Positions 50,483 through 60,542 of a stretch of 64,000 nt of DNA are shown piece after piece. The stretch is from assembly GCA_018830885.1 (NCBI GenBank), contig JAHJRI010000078.1, positions 4,144-68,143 of the forward strand, read 5' to 3'. The notes beneath the pieces were generated by a model. It had not been told where the DNA came from and made no database searches. It saw nothing but the letters and a program-made list of their open reading frames with translations. The position numbers and the translations under genes are program-made. The stretch comes from a bacterium. Lineage in GTDB: Bacteria; SAR324; XYD2-FULL-50-16. How positions within the stretch are numbered: the stretch's first letter is position 1; each line of letters starts with the position of its first letter.

Positions 50483-51028
50483 TCAGCCGATCTCCGTCTC
50501 CCGAAAGGCCCTTTTCAACGCGTTGATGTTCTTGTCTGCAATACGGCCGAATCGGTGTTTGAGCGGTCCAATCAGAGCTTCGATGGAGATCAGTTCATTG
50601 GCCTTGAGCAGGGACCCCAGCATGGTCGTATTGGTAATGGGCAGTCCCAGTTCTTCAATGGCGATTCGATTTGCATCGACCGTACCCATTCGGTGACGGA
50701 TACCCAGCTCTTCCCGCAGTTCGGCTGCGGTGTGTTTTGAGTTGGTGACCAGAATCCCATCCTCCTTCAGACCCGAGGTGACATCCACCAACCTGAGTAT
50801 GGAAGGATCCAGAACCATGACCAGGTCAGGTGAGTGGATCATGTGCCTGTTGCGAATCGGATGGTCATCAATCCGGATGAATGCCATCACGGGGGCGCCC
50901 CTTCTTTCCGGACCGAAATTGGGAAATGCCTGGGCATATTTCCCAATTCCAATCGCAGCAGTCGCCAGAAGCTCGGCAGAAGTAACTGCTCCCTGGCCAC
51001 CCCGGCCGTGTAGTCGAATCTCAATCAT
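50483..51028 (-). CDS. porG: 2-oxoacid:ferredoxin oxidoreductase gamma subunit
   Basis: HGRGGQG, FGPERRGAP, NTTMLG. Confidence 0.92.
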   Translation of the reverse strand: MIEIRLHGRGGQGAVTSAELLATAAIGIGKYAQAFPNFGPERRGAPVMAFIRIDDHPIRNRHMIHSPDLVMVLDPSILRLVDVTSGLKEDGILVTNSKHTAAELREELGIRHRMGTVDANRIAIEELGLPITNTTMLGSLLKANELISIEALIGPLKHRFGRIADKNINALKRAFRETEIG

Positions 51029-51536
51029 GTCAGTTTTATGGAATCGGATAAACGCTAAAATCGAATTAGTCTCTATGACCTGCTATTTCGAACACGAAGA
51101 AATGAAACTTGCAGCATTTAGTTGGATATCTTCAGTTTTGAAGGTTGAACCAAGAATTTTCATGTCTGACTCGGGCTATCAAGCTTAACCTTCAAACGTC
51201 TCAGAATCTATCAGATGATGATCAGTTTAATCAACGTTAAATCCGTAAAAAGCTAAAAATAAATGATGTTTATCATTCCTGTAAAAAAACGGAGGTCAGT
51301 CATATCAACTGCATTTGGATACCAGCGGTCAGTATAATGAAACGTCTTTTTACCGTTTTGCCATCACGTATAGTTGTATGCCGTTTGGCGGTGTTGAACT
51401 GGAAAGTGTCCCTCCATCAAAATTCTCCCCCGGGTCCGGCCAAACCGTCATCGAATGTAGCGAATTCACAGAAAAGCTGAAAATATACAAAAATTCATCA
51501 AGATAGATTTCAAACAAGGGACTCATCCAGATGATA

Positions 51537-51553
51537 TGGCAATTATGATGCCA
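51537..51553 (-). promoter_or_regulatory. Sigma54 (-24/-12) promoter facing the por-bfu operon
   Basis: Minus-strand TGGCATCATAATTGC (GG-N10-GC), next to a sigma54 activator gene; candidate enhancer palindrome GAGATATATCTC at 51634-51645. Confidence 0.65.
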
Positions 51554-51760
51554 CTTTCCCGGAATGCATATTATAAACTGTTATTTCAGGTTACTATAAA
51601 TTTTCGGGGCTGGTCCGCACGGACGGGTCAATTGAGATATATCTCTATTTGGTGATCTTTCTATAATTTGGTTTTTACAGAATTGGCGAAATTTGTCACA
51701 ATTCAGGCTGAAAAACATCGCTTTTATCCCCTTTGCAACCGCACCCGATAAGGTCCCTTT

Positions 51761-54700
51761 ATGACAGTGACAACCGAATCGAACGAACTCCTGGCCAAAG
51801 CAGCGCTTTTCGACGGTGTTTTTTCCATTGACTGGCTGCTGAACCTGTCCAACATGAAAGTATCCCGTATCCTGGCCATTCTGGATGAGCATGTCCGGAG
51901 CGGGTTATTGGAAAAGGCGTCATCCGGGCTCTACAGTTTCTGCAATCACGAGCAACGCGAGCAGTTGGCCGGTATTGTCAGTGACAATCGGAAAGAGGAG
52001 CTCCATCGGGAGATCATCGACATCCTCAAGGCGGAAATACCGGCAGAGGAGCAGCGTGCGACCATTCTCTCCCGCCATTTACTCCATGTCTCAAACGATC
52101 TGGAGGGGTGCCAGTTACTGATCAAAGCTGGGGATCTTTATGCCGAAGAGGTGAAATACAAAGAGGCCATCCAGTGTTATGCCAAAACGATCAAGGATCT
52201 GGACAGTGTCCGGCACAATGAGGCCGATCTGTTATATATAGAAACGGTCAATAAGTACATGAACCTTTTTTCAGTCAGGATAGACAGCAACTGGGCCACC
52301 ACCATTCTCCAGAATGCGCTGGCGCGGGCCGAAGCTATCAACAACAACGGGTTTCTGGCCATCCTCAACATGCATATGGCGGTCAACCAATGGCAGCGCG
52401 CCCATTTTGATGTATCCAAGGTTCATTACGACCGGGGCTGGGCTGCGGCCCAGAGGGTGGAAGATCCCAAGCTGTTGAAATCCATTTATACCCTGAGCGC
52501 TTTTTTTTATTACCTGCAGGGACGGTTCCTCGATACTATCAAGGAGTATGAAAAATCGATCCAGAACGTGGAAAAATTCCCGGAGGACACCTCCCTGCTC
52601 TTTGCCATTGCGGCGATCGGCCGTTCCTATGCAGCCATTGGGCAGGCCAGTCAGGGTTTGGGGATGCTGGATGCCATCCGCAAGCATTGTCTCAAGATCA
52701 ACCAGTTGCAGGTTGCCGAGTGGGCGGTTTTGCAGATTGGCTATATCCTGAAGGGGATCGGTCGGATTGATGATGCCCACAAACTTCTGGCCGATCTGGG
52801 CGGCGAAACCATTAAATCCGGAGATGCCCGCCTCAAGGAGGACCTGAAATTACTGCAGGCACTGATTTACTACTGGAAAGAGAACAAGGAAACATCGGTC
52901 GAGCATCTCAAGGAGTATTTCAAGATCGTCGAGGAGAACGAGGCATTGGGGGTCCCGACATCCTCCTATGGTTTTATGCTGCAGATCTGCTGGTCCATGG
53001 AACTGGAAAAATATCCCCGGATCAACGACATTTCCCTCGAGGAGGCCGTCAATCAATCGATCAGCGGGAAAAACACCTTTTACAAGGGGTATGGATTCCG
53101 CTACAAGGCACTGTTGCAAAAACAGAACAACCACAGCCCGGAGGAGATTCTCAAAACCCTGACCCTTTCTCTGCGCTGCCTGGAAAAATCCGGGCACCGC
53201 CTGGCCATCGCCCGCACCCGTATTGAGATCGCCCGCCAGTACCTGGCCATGGGGAACCAGAATCTGGCCAGAAAAGAGGCCAAGAAGGCGGCGGCGACGA
53301 TTCTCTCCCATAAGGAACTCCATTTCCCCGACGATCTGAAATTTCTGATCAAGGATATACACATCAAGGATAACCTGCTGGAGGAGATTCTGAAGCTGGG
53401 GCAGGAGATCACCACGATCCGCAACACCAAGGACATTGAAAAGCATATTATCCTGACCGCGATTCAGGTGACCGGAGCAGAACGGGGCGCCATTTTTCTG
53501 CTGGACAGGGAGCACAGACCCGGTGAATTCGAGCTGCGGGCAGCCAAGAACCTGACAGAGGAGGACATCCGGCGGTCCGATTTCCGGGAACAGATGGCAA
53601 TGATGCGTGAGGTGGTTAAATCCGGAAAAGGGATCATTAAAAAATCGGATCCCCCCGAACAGAAACCCAACTCGCCCTATAATGTCCGCTCCTATATTTG
53701 TGTGCCCATGATCATTAAAAATGAAATCCTGGGGGTGCTCTATTTTGACAACCGGTTTCTGGCCTCGGCCTTTAAGAAATCGGATCTCAACATGTTTACC
53801 TATTTTGCCACCCAGACGGCGATCGCCATGGACAACGCCGAGGCCTACGACGAGGTGCAGCGTCTCAACAAGCGCCTGAAAAAGGAGAAACAGTATTATA
53901 AGGAGCGACATCTCGAAAGCCTGCGGTTTGATAAAATCATCGGTGAGAGTCCACCCATCCTGAACGTATTGAACAAGGTCATCCAGGTGGCGGACACCGA
54001 CACCACCGTCCTGATCACGGGGGAGACCGGTGTAGGGAAGGAGCTGGTGGCCAGAACCATTGTCGATAAGAGTCCCCGCGCGGATAAGCCCTTTGTCTCG
54101 GTGAACTGCAGTGTCTTTTCAGAAACACTAATCGCCAGCGAACTGTTCGGACATGAGAAGGGCGCTTTCACCGGCGCCAATGAAAAAAAAGCGGGGCGGT
54201 TCGAGCTGGCGGATGGCGGAACCCTTTTTCTGGATGAGATCGGGGATATTCCCATGGAAGTGCAGGTCCGGTTGTTACGTGTACTGCAGGTCCAGGAATT
54301 TGAACGCGTCGGCGGCACCAAGACACTGCACTCGGATTTCCGCCTGATCGTGGCCACCAACCAGAATCTCGAAAAAATGGTCAAAACCGGTCGGTTCCGC
54401 GAGGATCTCTTCTACCGGCTCAATGTCTTTCCCATCCAGGTACCGCCGCTGCGAAAAAGAAAGGAGGACATCCCCCATCTGGCCCTGCACTTTCTGAAAA
54501 CGATCAGCCAGAAAATGGGCAAGCATTTTACCGAAATCCTGGAAAGCGAAATGGAAAAACTGGTCAGTTACAGCTGGCCGGGAAATGTGCGGGAACTCGA
54601 AAATGTCATTGAGCGCGGGGTGATCATGAGTTCAAAATCCAGTTTCAAGGTGCCGGAATTGAACACGGACCAGCCCGGCGCCGGTGTCAACAACACCCTG

Positions 54701-54874
54701 TTGACCCTGGCGGAAAACGAAAAACAGCACATCCTGCAGGCCATGGAAAAAACAAACTGGAAAATCAGCGGCCCTGGCGGGGCGGCAGAACTACTGGATA
54801 TCAACTATGGCACTCTGCGGTCACGGATGGCCAAACACGGCATCCGCAAGAAGACCCGGGCGGCGGACGACTAG
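51761..54874 (+). CDS. Sigma54-dependent activator with long helical/TPR-like N-terminus, GAF, AAA+ and HTH
   Basis: GETGVGKE, ELFGHEKGAFTGA, LFLDEIGD, FREDLFYRLNV, WPGNVRELEN, GAF (TGAERG...LYFDN), terminal HTH. Confidence 0.93.
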   Translation: MTVTTESNELLAKAALFDGVFSIDWLLNLSNMKVSRILAILDEHVRSGLLEKASSGLYSFCNHEQREQLAGIVSDNRKEELHREIIDILKAEIPAEEQRATILSRHLLHVSNDLEGCQLLIKAGDLYAEEVKYKEAIQCYAKTIKDLDSVRHNEADLLYIETVNKYMNLFSVRIDSNWATTILQNALARAEAINNNGFLAILNMHMAVNQWQRAHFDVSKVHYDRGWAAAQRVEDPKLLKSIYTLSAFFYYLQGRFLDTIKEYEKSIQNVEKFPEDTSLLFAIAAIGRSYAAIGQASQGLGMLDAIRKHCLKINQLQVAEWAVLQIGYILKGIGRIDDAHKLLADLGGETIKSGDARLKEDLKLLQALIYYWKENKETSVEHLKEYFKIVEENEALGVPTSSYGFMLQICWSMELEKYPRINDISLEEAVNQSISGKNTFYKGYGFRYKALLQKQNNHSPEEILKTLTLSLRCLEKSGHRLAIARTRIEIARQYLAMGNQNLARKEAKKAAATILSHKELHFPDDLKFLIKDIHIKDNLLEEILKLGQEITTIRNTKDIEKHIILTAIQVTGAERGAIFLLDREHRPGEFELRAAKNLTEEDIRRSDFREQMAMMREVVKSGKGIIKKSDPPEQKPNSPYNVRSYICVPMIIKNEILGVLYFDNRFLASAFKKSDLNMFTYFATQTAIAMDNAEAYDEVQRLNKRLKKEKQYYKERHLESLRFDKIIGESPPILNVLNKVIQVADTDTTVLITGETGVGKELVARTIVDKSPRADKPFVSVNCSVFSETLIASELFGHEKGAFTGANEKKAGRFELADGGTLFLDEIGDIPMEVQVRLLRVLQVQEFERVGGTKTLHSDFRLIVATNQNLEKMVKTGRFREDLFYRLNVFPIQVPPLRKRKEDIPHLALHFLKTISQKMGKHFTEILESEMEKLVSYSWPGNVRELENVIERGVIMSSKSSFKVPELNTDQPGAGVNNTLLTLAENEKQHILQAMEKTNWKISGPGGAAELLDINYGTLRSRMAKHGIRKKTRAADD

Positions 54875-55047
54875 TCGATCCATCGACTGCGGGAGGCTTC
54901 CTGAAAGCAGCAGCCACTGCCTCCCGGAGCCATCCCCCGGCAGCCCTGTTCACGCAGCTGGGGTCAAATACCACCCGGTCAGATAGGGGTCGTTCCAGGC
55001 ATGTCCTATTACCGGCAGCAGGGATAGGTCGCAGGTCTGGATAGATA

Positions 55048-55076
55048 TTGACTGATCCACCCGTCCTGAATAGAAT
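55048..55076 (+). promoter_or_regulatory. Sigma70-like promoter
   Basis: TTGACT-N17-TAGAAT upstream of the BKACE gene. Confidence 0.55.
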
Positions 55077-55215
55077 GGTTTTCCAGAAGGACCCATCCCC
55101 CGACGCGCCCTTTCCGTCAAAGGGCATCCGGTGAACCGGCGTCGCCGCGATCGCCTTCAAGAACTGATCAATCGGACGGACAGTGACGTCAAAACAGAAT
55201 AGGAGAACACAAATT

Positions 55216-56154
55216 ATGGCAAAAAGAACAAACAAGGTCATTATCAGCTGTGCGATGACAGGGGCGATTCATACGCCCACCATGTCGGACTATCTGCCCA
55301 TCACACCGGAAGACCTGATCCGGCAGGGTGTTGATGCGGCCGCAGCCGGCGCGACGATTCTGCATCTGCACGCCCGGGACCCCAAAACAGGCATGCCGGT
55401 CGGGGACCCGGAAGTCTTCAAGCAGTTTCTGCCCCAGCTGAAAGCCCAATGTAATGCGGTGTTGAATCTCACCACCGGGGGCGGCCTGAACATGCAGCTT
55501 CAGGATCGATTGAAAGCAGCCGTCTGGGCCCAGCCGGAGATGTGTTCACTCAATATGGGGTCCATGAATTTCGGTCTTTTCCCGGTTGCCCGACGGTACA
55601 CCACCTGGAAATATGACTGGGAAAAACCGTACCTGGAAGGAACCGACGATTTTATCTTCCGCAACACCTTCAAGGATATCGAGGGCATCCTCAAAACCCT
55701 GGGCGAGGGGTTCGGAACCCGATTCGAATATGAGTGCTACGATATCGGCCATTTGTACAACCTGGCCCATTTTCTGGATCGCGGGCTGGTCAAACCGCCC
55801 CTGTTTGTGCAATCCATTTTCGGAATTCTGGGAGGGATCGGTGCCGATCCGGACAACCTGATCTTCATGAAACGCACAGCAGACCGGCTCTTTGGCGATG
55901 ATTATATCTGGTCGGTCCTGGCCGCCGGCAGGCACCAGATGTCTTTCTGCACCCAGGCTGCGCTGCTGGGCGGCAATGTCCGGGTCGGGCTGGAAGACAG
56001 CCTTTTCCTCGGAAAAGGAGAACCGGCCAAAACCAACGCGGAACAGGTCGCCAAAATTCGCCACCTGCTGGAGACCCTCTCGCTGGAAATCGCCTCCCCG
56101 GACGAGGCCCGTGAGATGCTGGATCTGAAAGGGGCTGACAACGTCGCGTTTTAA
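55216..56154 (+). CDS. Beta-keto acid cleavage enzyme (BKACE/Kce, DUF849) family
   Basis: CAMTGAIHTP, HLHARD, SLNMGSMNF, RVGLED; ATG 55216 with AGGAG SD. Confidence 0.92.
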   Translation: MAKRTNKVIISCAMTGAIHTPTMSDYLPITPEDLIRQGVDAAAAGATILHLHARDPKTGMPVGDPEVFKQFLPQLKAQCNAVLNLTTGGGLNMQLQDRLKAAVWAQPEMCSLNMGSMNFGLFPVARRYTTWKYDWEKPYLEGTDDFIFRNTFKDIEGILKTLGEGFGTRFEYECYDIGHLYNLAHFLDRGLVKPPLFVQSIFGILGGIGADPDNLIFMKRTADRLFGDDYIWSVLAAGRHQMSFCTQAALLGGNVRVGLEDSLFLGKGEPAKTNAEQVAKIRHLLETLSLEIASPDEAREMLDLKGADNVAF

Positions 56155-56191
56155 AGGATCTGCCGGTAACAACGGGAATTAAAGACCGTCC

Positions 56192-57451
56192 CTAAAAAGC
56201 CATAAAGTGCACCAGCTCCTTGGTCTGCAGAATGAGATCCTCGATGAAGACATGCTCATCCGCAGCGTGGGCCAGGTTGTTGGTTGCACGCACCAGACCG
56301 AAACAGGCGACTTCCAGTTTCTGGGGTTTGAGGGCTTCGGCTACAAACCCCAGGTCCGTGGAAGCACTGACCCCGCCATAGATAAATTCCTCAAACCCCA
56401 TGATTGCTTTTTTCCCCGCCAGCATTTTCCGGATGGCCGGGTTGTCCGGATCAATTTCCACAGGTGGATAGGCGTGGATAATCTCGGTTCTGACATCCAG
56501 CAGCTTGGACTGTTCCTTTCCCCGTTGCACGGCAGCATCGATTTCGGCAATCACCTCGTCATATTTTTCATCGGGAAGGTAACGTCGGTTGATGGACAGA
56601 TCGCATTCATCGGGAACGATATTGTCCTTCATACCGCCCCGGATAATGTTCAGGTTGAACATGGGCGTCATCATGGCAGAAGGTGCCCCGGGCACAGGAA
56701 AGGAGGGAATACGGGACTCTCTGCTTTCCACCGTCTTTTTCAGTTTCATCAGTTCGTTGAGAATGGGGATCATCTCCTCAACGGCATTGACCCCCAGGTA
56801 GTTCATCCCGGAGTGACAGCTTCTGCCGATGGATTTGATATCGTATGACAGACAACCCGCGGCACCGATCGTGACGATGGGTTCCATCGCCGACATCTCC
56901 AGCCACATGAGGTGGTTGGAAAAATAGCCCTGTTCGGCCAGGTAGCGGGCGCCCGGATAAATTCCCATTTCCTCGTCCGTGCAGAGACAGCAGTTGACCG
57001 AATAGTTCGGTTCAATACCCATGTCCGATAGCACCTTCGCCGCCCCCAGAAAACAGGCGATCGACCCCTTCATATCAATGGTTCCCCGGCCGTACAACCT
57101 GCCATCGATCACTTTCCCGCCAAAGGGGTCCTGGGTCCACTTGTCATCAACCGGTACCACATCCATGTGCGCATATGCGGATACCCGGGGTTGATCGTTT
57201 TTCAGGGTAGCCACCAGGTTGACCCTTTCGCCGGTCAGTTTCCAGGGCATGAGTTGGACCTTCTCCTCGGGGACAATCACCCGCTCGGTCTCAAAACCGA
57301 AGCGGCGAAATTCCGGTTCAACAATATCCACGAGTTTGCCGTAGTTCTCCCCCGGTGGCACAGTGGTGTCAACAGCAATGATTTTCTGGAGGATGTCGAT
57401 AATATAATCCTCGTTTTTATCAACTGCCAGAAATGCGTCCTTTGCAATCAT
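56192..57451 (-). CDS. M20 family (ArgE/DapE-like) amidohydrolase
   Basis: AHMDVVP, GRGTIDMKG, DEE, AHAADE. Confidence 0.9.
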   Translation of the reverse strand: MIAKDAFLAVDKNEDYIIDILQKIIAVDTTVPPGENYGKLVDIVEPEFRRFGFETERVIVPEEKVQLMPWKLTGERVNLVATLKNDQPRVSAYAHMDVVPVDDKWTQDPFGGKVIDGRLYGRGTIDMKGSIACFLGAAKVLSDMGIEPNYSVNCCLCTDEEMGIYPGARYLAEQGYFSNHLMWLEMSAMEPIVTIGAAGCLSYDIKSIGRSCHSGMNYLGVNAVEEMIPILNELMKLKKTVESRESRIPSFPVPGAPSAMMTPMFNLNIIRGGMKDNIVPDECDLSINRRYLPDEKYDEVIAEIDAAVQRGKEQSKLLDVRTEIIHAYPPVEIDPDNPAIRKMLAGKKAIMGFEEFIYGGVSASTDLGFVAEALKPQKLEVACFGLVRATNNLAHAADEHVFIEDLILQTKELVHFMAF

Positions 57452-57466
57452 TTATAGCTCCTGTGA

Positions 57467-58162
57467 TTAAATCATCCCTTTGCCTTCGATCCATTTCTTT
57501 TTATACATGATCCGGGCGGATACGATGGAGATAATGACCATCGGAGGTATGACAACGGAATAGGGCAGGTCGCGCTTCAAAAAAGCGATGATAAAAGCCA
57601 GCCCCAGGGGGACGATGCCCAGTTTGGGCACCTTTGACAGAAAAACGGCTCCCAGGGCGCCAAAAAGAGCTGGCAACACCTGGTTCAGACCAACTTCGGC
57701 TGCCATTCCCGATCCCTGTATCCGGTTGATTAATGGCAGCAACAGCAAGATCCCCAGGATCATGACCAGTTGACTGGCCACCAGAGAACCGGCGATACCC
57801 AGCGTTGAGACAATCTCAGCCTCCGGCGTACCCTCCCTGGTCCCCAAGACCTGTTGCACGGTGGCAGAAACGGGAACCCGCAGATTCATGATGTTACCCA
57901 CCAGAAATGACATGTAAGTACCACCAAAGCCCAGGATCGGATAGTAAACGATCGGTTCCAGGATGCCCATCACGATCATGAAGGACCAGACAGCCGCCAC
58001 AGATCGCCAGAGGGGCCCGAAGGGCGGCAGCAGCCCGTGAAACACAAATAGGAACAGACCCGGCAGAAACATGCAGACAATGGCCGCCAGCAGGGTGTAC
58101 TTTCCGGTTTTTTCGACCGGTGTCAGGAAATGTTCCTGGAAGATGGTTTTTTTGTCTGTCAT
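57467..58162 (-). CDS. Integral membrane protein, partner of the DUF5058 gene
   Basis: EPIVYYPILGFGGTYMSFLVGNIMNLRVP motif; about 6-7 TM. Confidence 0.75.
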   Translation of the reverse strand: MTDKKTIFQEHFLTPVEKTGKYTLLAAIVCMFLPGLFLFVFHGLLPPFGPLWRSVAAVWSFMIVMGILEPIVYYPILGFGGTYMSFLVGNIMNLRVPVSATVQQVLGTREGTPEAEIVSTLGIAGSLVASQLVMILGILLLLPLINRIQGSGMAAEVGLNQVLPALFGALGAVFLSKVPKLGIVPLGLAFIIAFLKRDLPYSVVIPPMVIISIVSARIMYKKKWIEGKGMI

Positions 58163-58163
58163 C

Positions 58164-58886
58164 TCAACCTCCTATCCCAAAATAGTGAAAACCAACCCCG
58201 GCAGCGACCATCCCCAGGACAATGGCCAGGGCCAGCGCCCACTCCTTGAGCCAGCCCTGTCGGCCGACAGTGATCATCACACCGATCAGGACCATGGAGA
58301 AAAAACCACCCAACAGGGCAACCAGTGGCGCTCCACCCTTGATCACCGGTTGCGCAACCATATAGGCGACCGCTCCAAAAAAAGCAGCGGCTGTCATCAC
58401 CTGCATCCACACCTCATCACCACCGGCAACCTTGTTTTTGAGCTTGTGGATACTGGGCGTGAAGAAGGCCACCACGATCAATCCCAGTACAGCACCCAGC
58501 GACATGGTCCAGACAATGGTGGTAAAGATCACCTGGTTGATATCGGTCGTCAGGCCTTCCAGACCGAACTCCCCAGCCGCGATACCGGCTGCAATCAGTT
58601 CGTAGCTGACAGAACCGATGACCGACAGGCGCATCCAGGGAAAGGGGAGTCCCAGACGCGGAATTAACAGCGCCAATCCCAGCAGGATAGCAATCGCCGG
58701 CACCAGGGAGGTGGTGAAACCGATACGGAACGCCTTTACCATATCCTGTTTCGACATGCCGATTTCCCGACCCGCCTTGAAAGAGATCCGGGTCAGACGG
58801 ACGACCTGCACCAGCACCACAACAATGATTGCCGAGCAGGCCAGCCACATACCGGGGCTGTTTGCAATCTCAAGATAATTATCCAT
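58164..58886 (-). CDS. DUF5058-like membrane protein
   Basis: IANS, PWMRLSVIGSVSYEL, WLKEWAL; about 7 TM. Confidence 0.7.
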   Translation of the reverse strand: MDNYLEIANSPGMWLACSAIIVVVLVQVVRLTRISFKAGREIGMSKQDMVKAFRIGFTTSLVPAIAILLGLALLIPRLGLPFPWMRLSVIGSVSYELIAAGIAAGEFGLEGLTTDINQVIFTTIVWTMSLGAVLGLIVVAFFTPSIHKLKNKVAGGDEVWMQVMTAAAFFGAVAYMVAQPVIKGGAPLVALLGGFFSMVLIGVMITVGRQGWLKEWALALAIVLGMVAAGVGFHYFGIGG

Positions 58887-59330
58887 GCGTCACTCTCCAT
58901 TGGACCTAATTTTGGGTAAACCATCAATGCCGTTCACTTAAACACCCTTTTCCTGCTCAGCACCTTGAAACAGGATCCGCAGACAATCGCATCCGGCAGG
59001 GCTGACTCGCGCCGGTTCAGCATCCCTGGTCATCCACCGGTTCTGCCCCACGACATATTCAGGGGGCAGATACCGGTTTCAGGACATCTTCGGGGGCGAT
59101 ATCTGGCAACATCATAGAATCAGGCCAGCAGTTCGTCAAACCTATTTATGGCTTGGATCCTGATTCTCAGCGGGTTGTTGTTTATCTTTTCTGGAATCTG
59201 ATGTAGCGTCGGGTTAGCAAACCGGTCAATCATCGACAATGGTCATCCGCCTGCCGGAGGTCCCCTCTGGCGTCCCTTTCTCCCTGAATGTGCCATTGAT
59301 GACGATTGTCCCAGACAAGGACCCAAACCC

Positions 59331-60044
59331 ATGAACAGTACCGTACAGATTATACCCCTGACCCATCTGGCGCTTTCCTTTGCACCCGGTCTGGTGGTTA
59401 TCATCGTCCTCTATAAATGGCGCATGGACTACCGCAACGCCATCTATGCATTTTCCCGCATGCTCGGGCAACTGCTGCTGATCGGCTATTTTCTGGCCTA
59501 TATTTTCCGCTCGGAAAACGGGATGATTATTTCCCTCGTGCTGGCTGTCATGCTGATTGCATCCAGTCTGATTGCTCTGCGCACAGCCGGGAAGGAACGA
59601 TACAGCCTTTTCCCCATGGCATTGATCGCCATCACGCTGGGTGGAGGGCTGACCTTGATCCTGATTACCCAGGCCGTGCTGGAACTCAGCCCCTGGTATT
59701 ATCCCCGGTTCATGATTCCCCTGGCAGGAATGATTTTCGCCAATGCGCTGAACAGTATCAGCCTGGCTGTGGAAAGACTGACTTCGGAACTCGATCGGGG
59801 CGTAGCATTTCAAGAAGCGAGGGGGATCGCTTTCCGGGCCTGCCTGATCCCCATTACCAACTCCCTGTTTGCCGTCGGTCTGGTGTCGCTGCCGGGGATG
59901 ATGACCGGGCAGATCCTGTCAGGTGTCTCCCCCCTGATTGCCGTCCGATATCAGATCATGGTGATGGCCATGGTATTTGGTGCAGCGGGTATCTCTGCTG
60001 CCATTTTTTTGATTCTTGTCAGACGCAGATTTGCCGCAGATTAA
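59331..60044 (+). CDS. fetB: UPF0014/FetB-type ABC permease
   Basis: RMLGQLLLIG, IPLAGMIFAN, VGLVSLPGMMTGQILSG, AVRYQI. Confidence 0.85.
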   Translation: MNSTVQIIPLTHLALSFAPGLVVIIVLYKWRMDYRNAIYAFSRMLGQLLLIGYFLAYIFRSENGMIISLVLAVMLIASSLIALRTAGKERYSLFPMALIAITLGGGLTLILITQAVLELSPWYYPRFMIPLAGMIFANALNSISLAVERLTSELDRGVAFQEARGIAFRACLIPITNSLFAVGLVSLPGMMTGQILSGVSPLIAVRYQIMVMAMVFGAAGISAAIFLILVRRRFAAD

Positions 60045-60072
60045 GTTGTTATCGAAAATCGGGAGGGTGCAG

Positions 60073-60513
60073 ATGTCAGAAAACAACCGGGAAAAACAGA
60101 TTGCAGATCACATTCAACGGGATCCGTTTGCGGCCATGCTCAATGCAACCATTGACATTCTGGGTCCGGGACACAGCCGGGTCTCTGCAACCGTCACGGA
60201 GTCCATGTGTAATTTCAACGGCACCATTCACGGTGGTATCATCTTCACCATCGGTGACATGGCTTTTGCTGCTGCCAGCAATTCCCACGGCAGAACGGCG
60301 GTGGCCATGAATGTCAACATCAATTTTATCAGGGCCGCCAAACCCGGTGACCTCCTGGTTGCCGAAGCCATTGAACAACATCGGGGCGGCAGAACGGCAC
60401 TCTACGATATCACCGTGCGGGAAGGAGGTTCGGGAGAATTGATTGCCCAGAGCCAGGGACGGGTCTACCGCATGGATGATTGGTTTGTACCACCTGCGGA
60501 AACGGCCGACTGA
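60073..60513 (+). CDS. PaaI-type hot-dog thioesterase
   Basis: DPFA, NFNGTIHGGIIFTIGDMAFAAASNS; ATG 60073 with GGAGG SD. Confidence 0.88.
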   Translation: MSENNREKQIADHIQRDPFAAMLNATIDILGPGHSRVSATVTESMCNFNGTIHGGIIFTIGDMAFAAASNSHGRTAVAMNVNINFIRAAKPGDLLVAEAIEQHRGGRTALYDITVREGGSGELIAQSQGRVYRMDDWFVPPAETAD

Positions 60514-60542
60514 TCGTTTCAGCGATCCGGGAGACTCGATTT

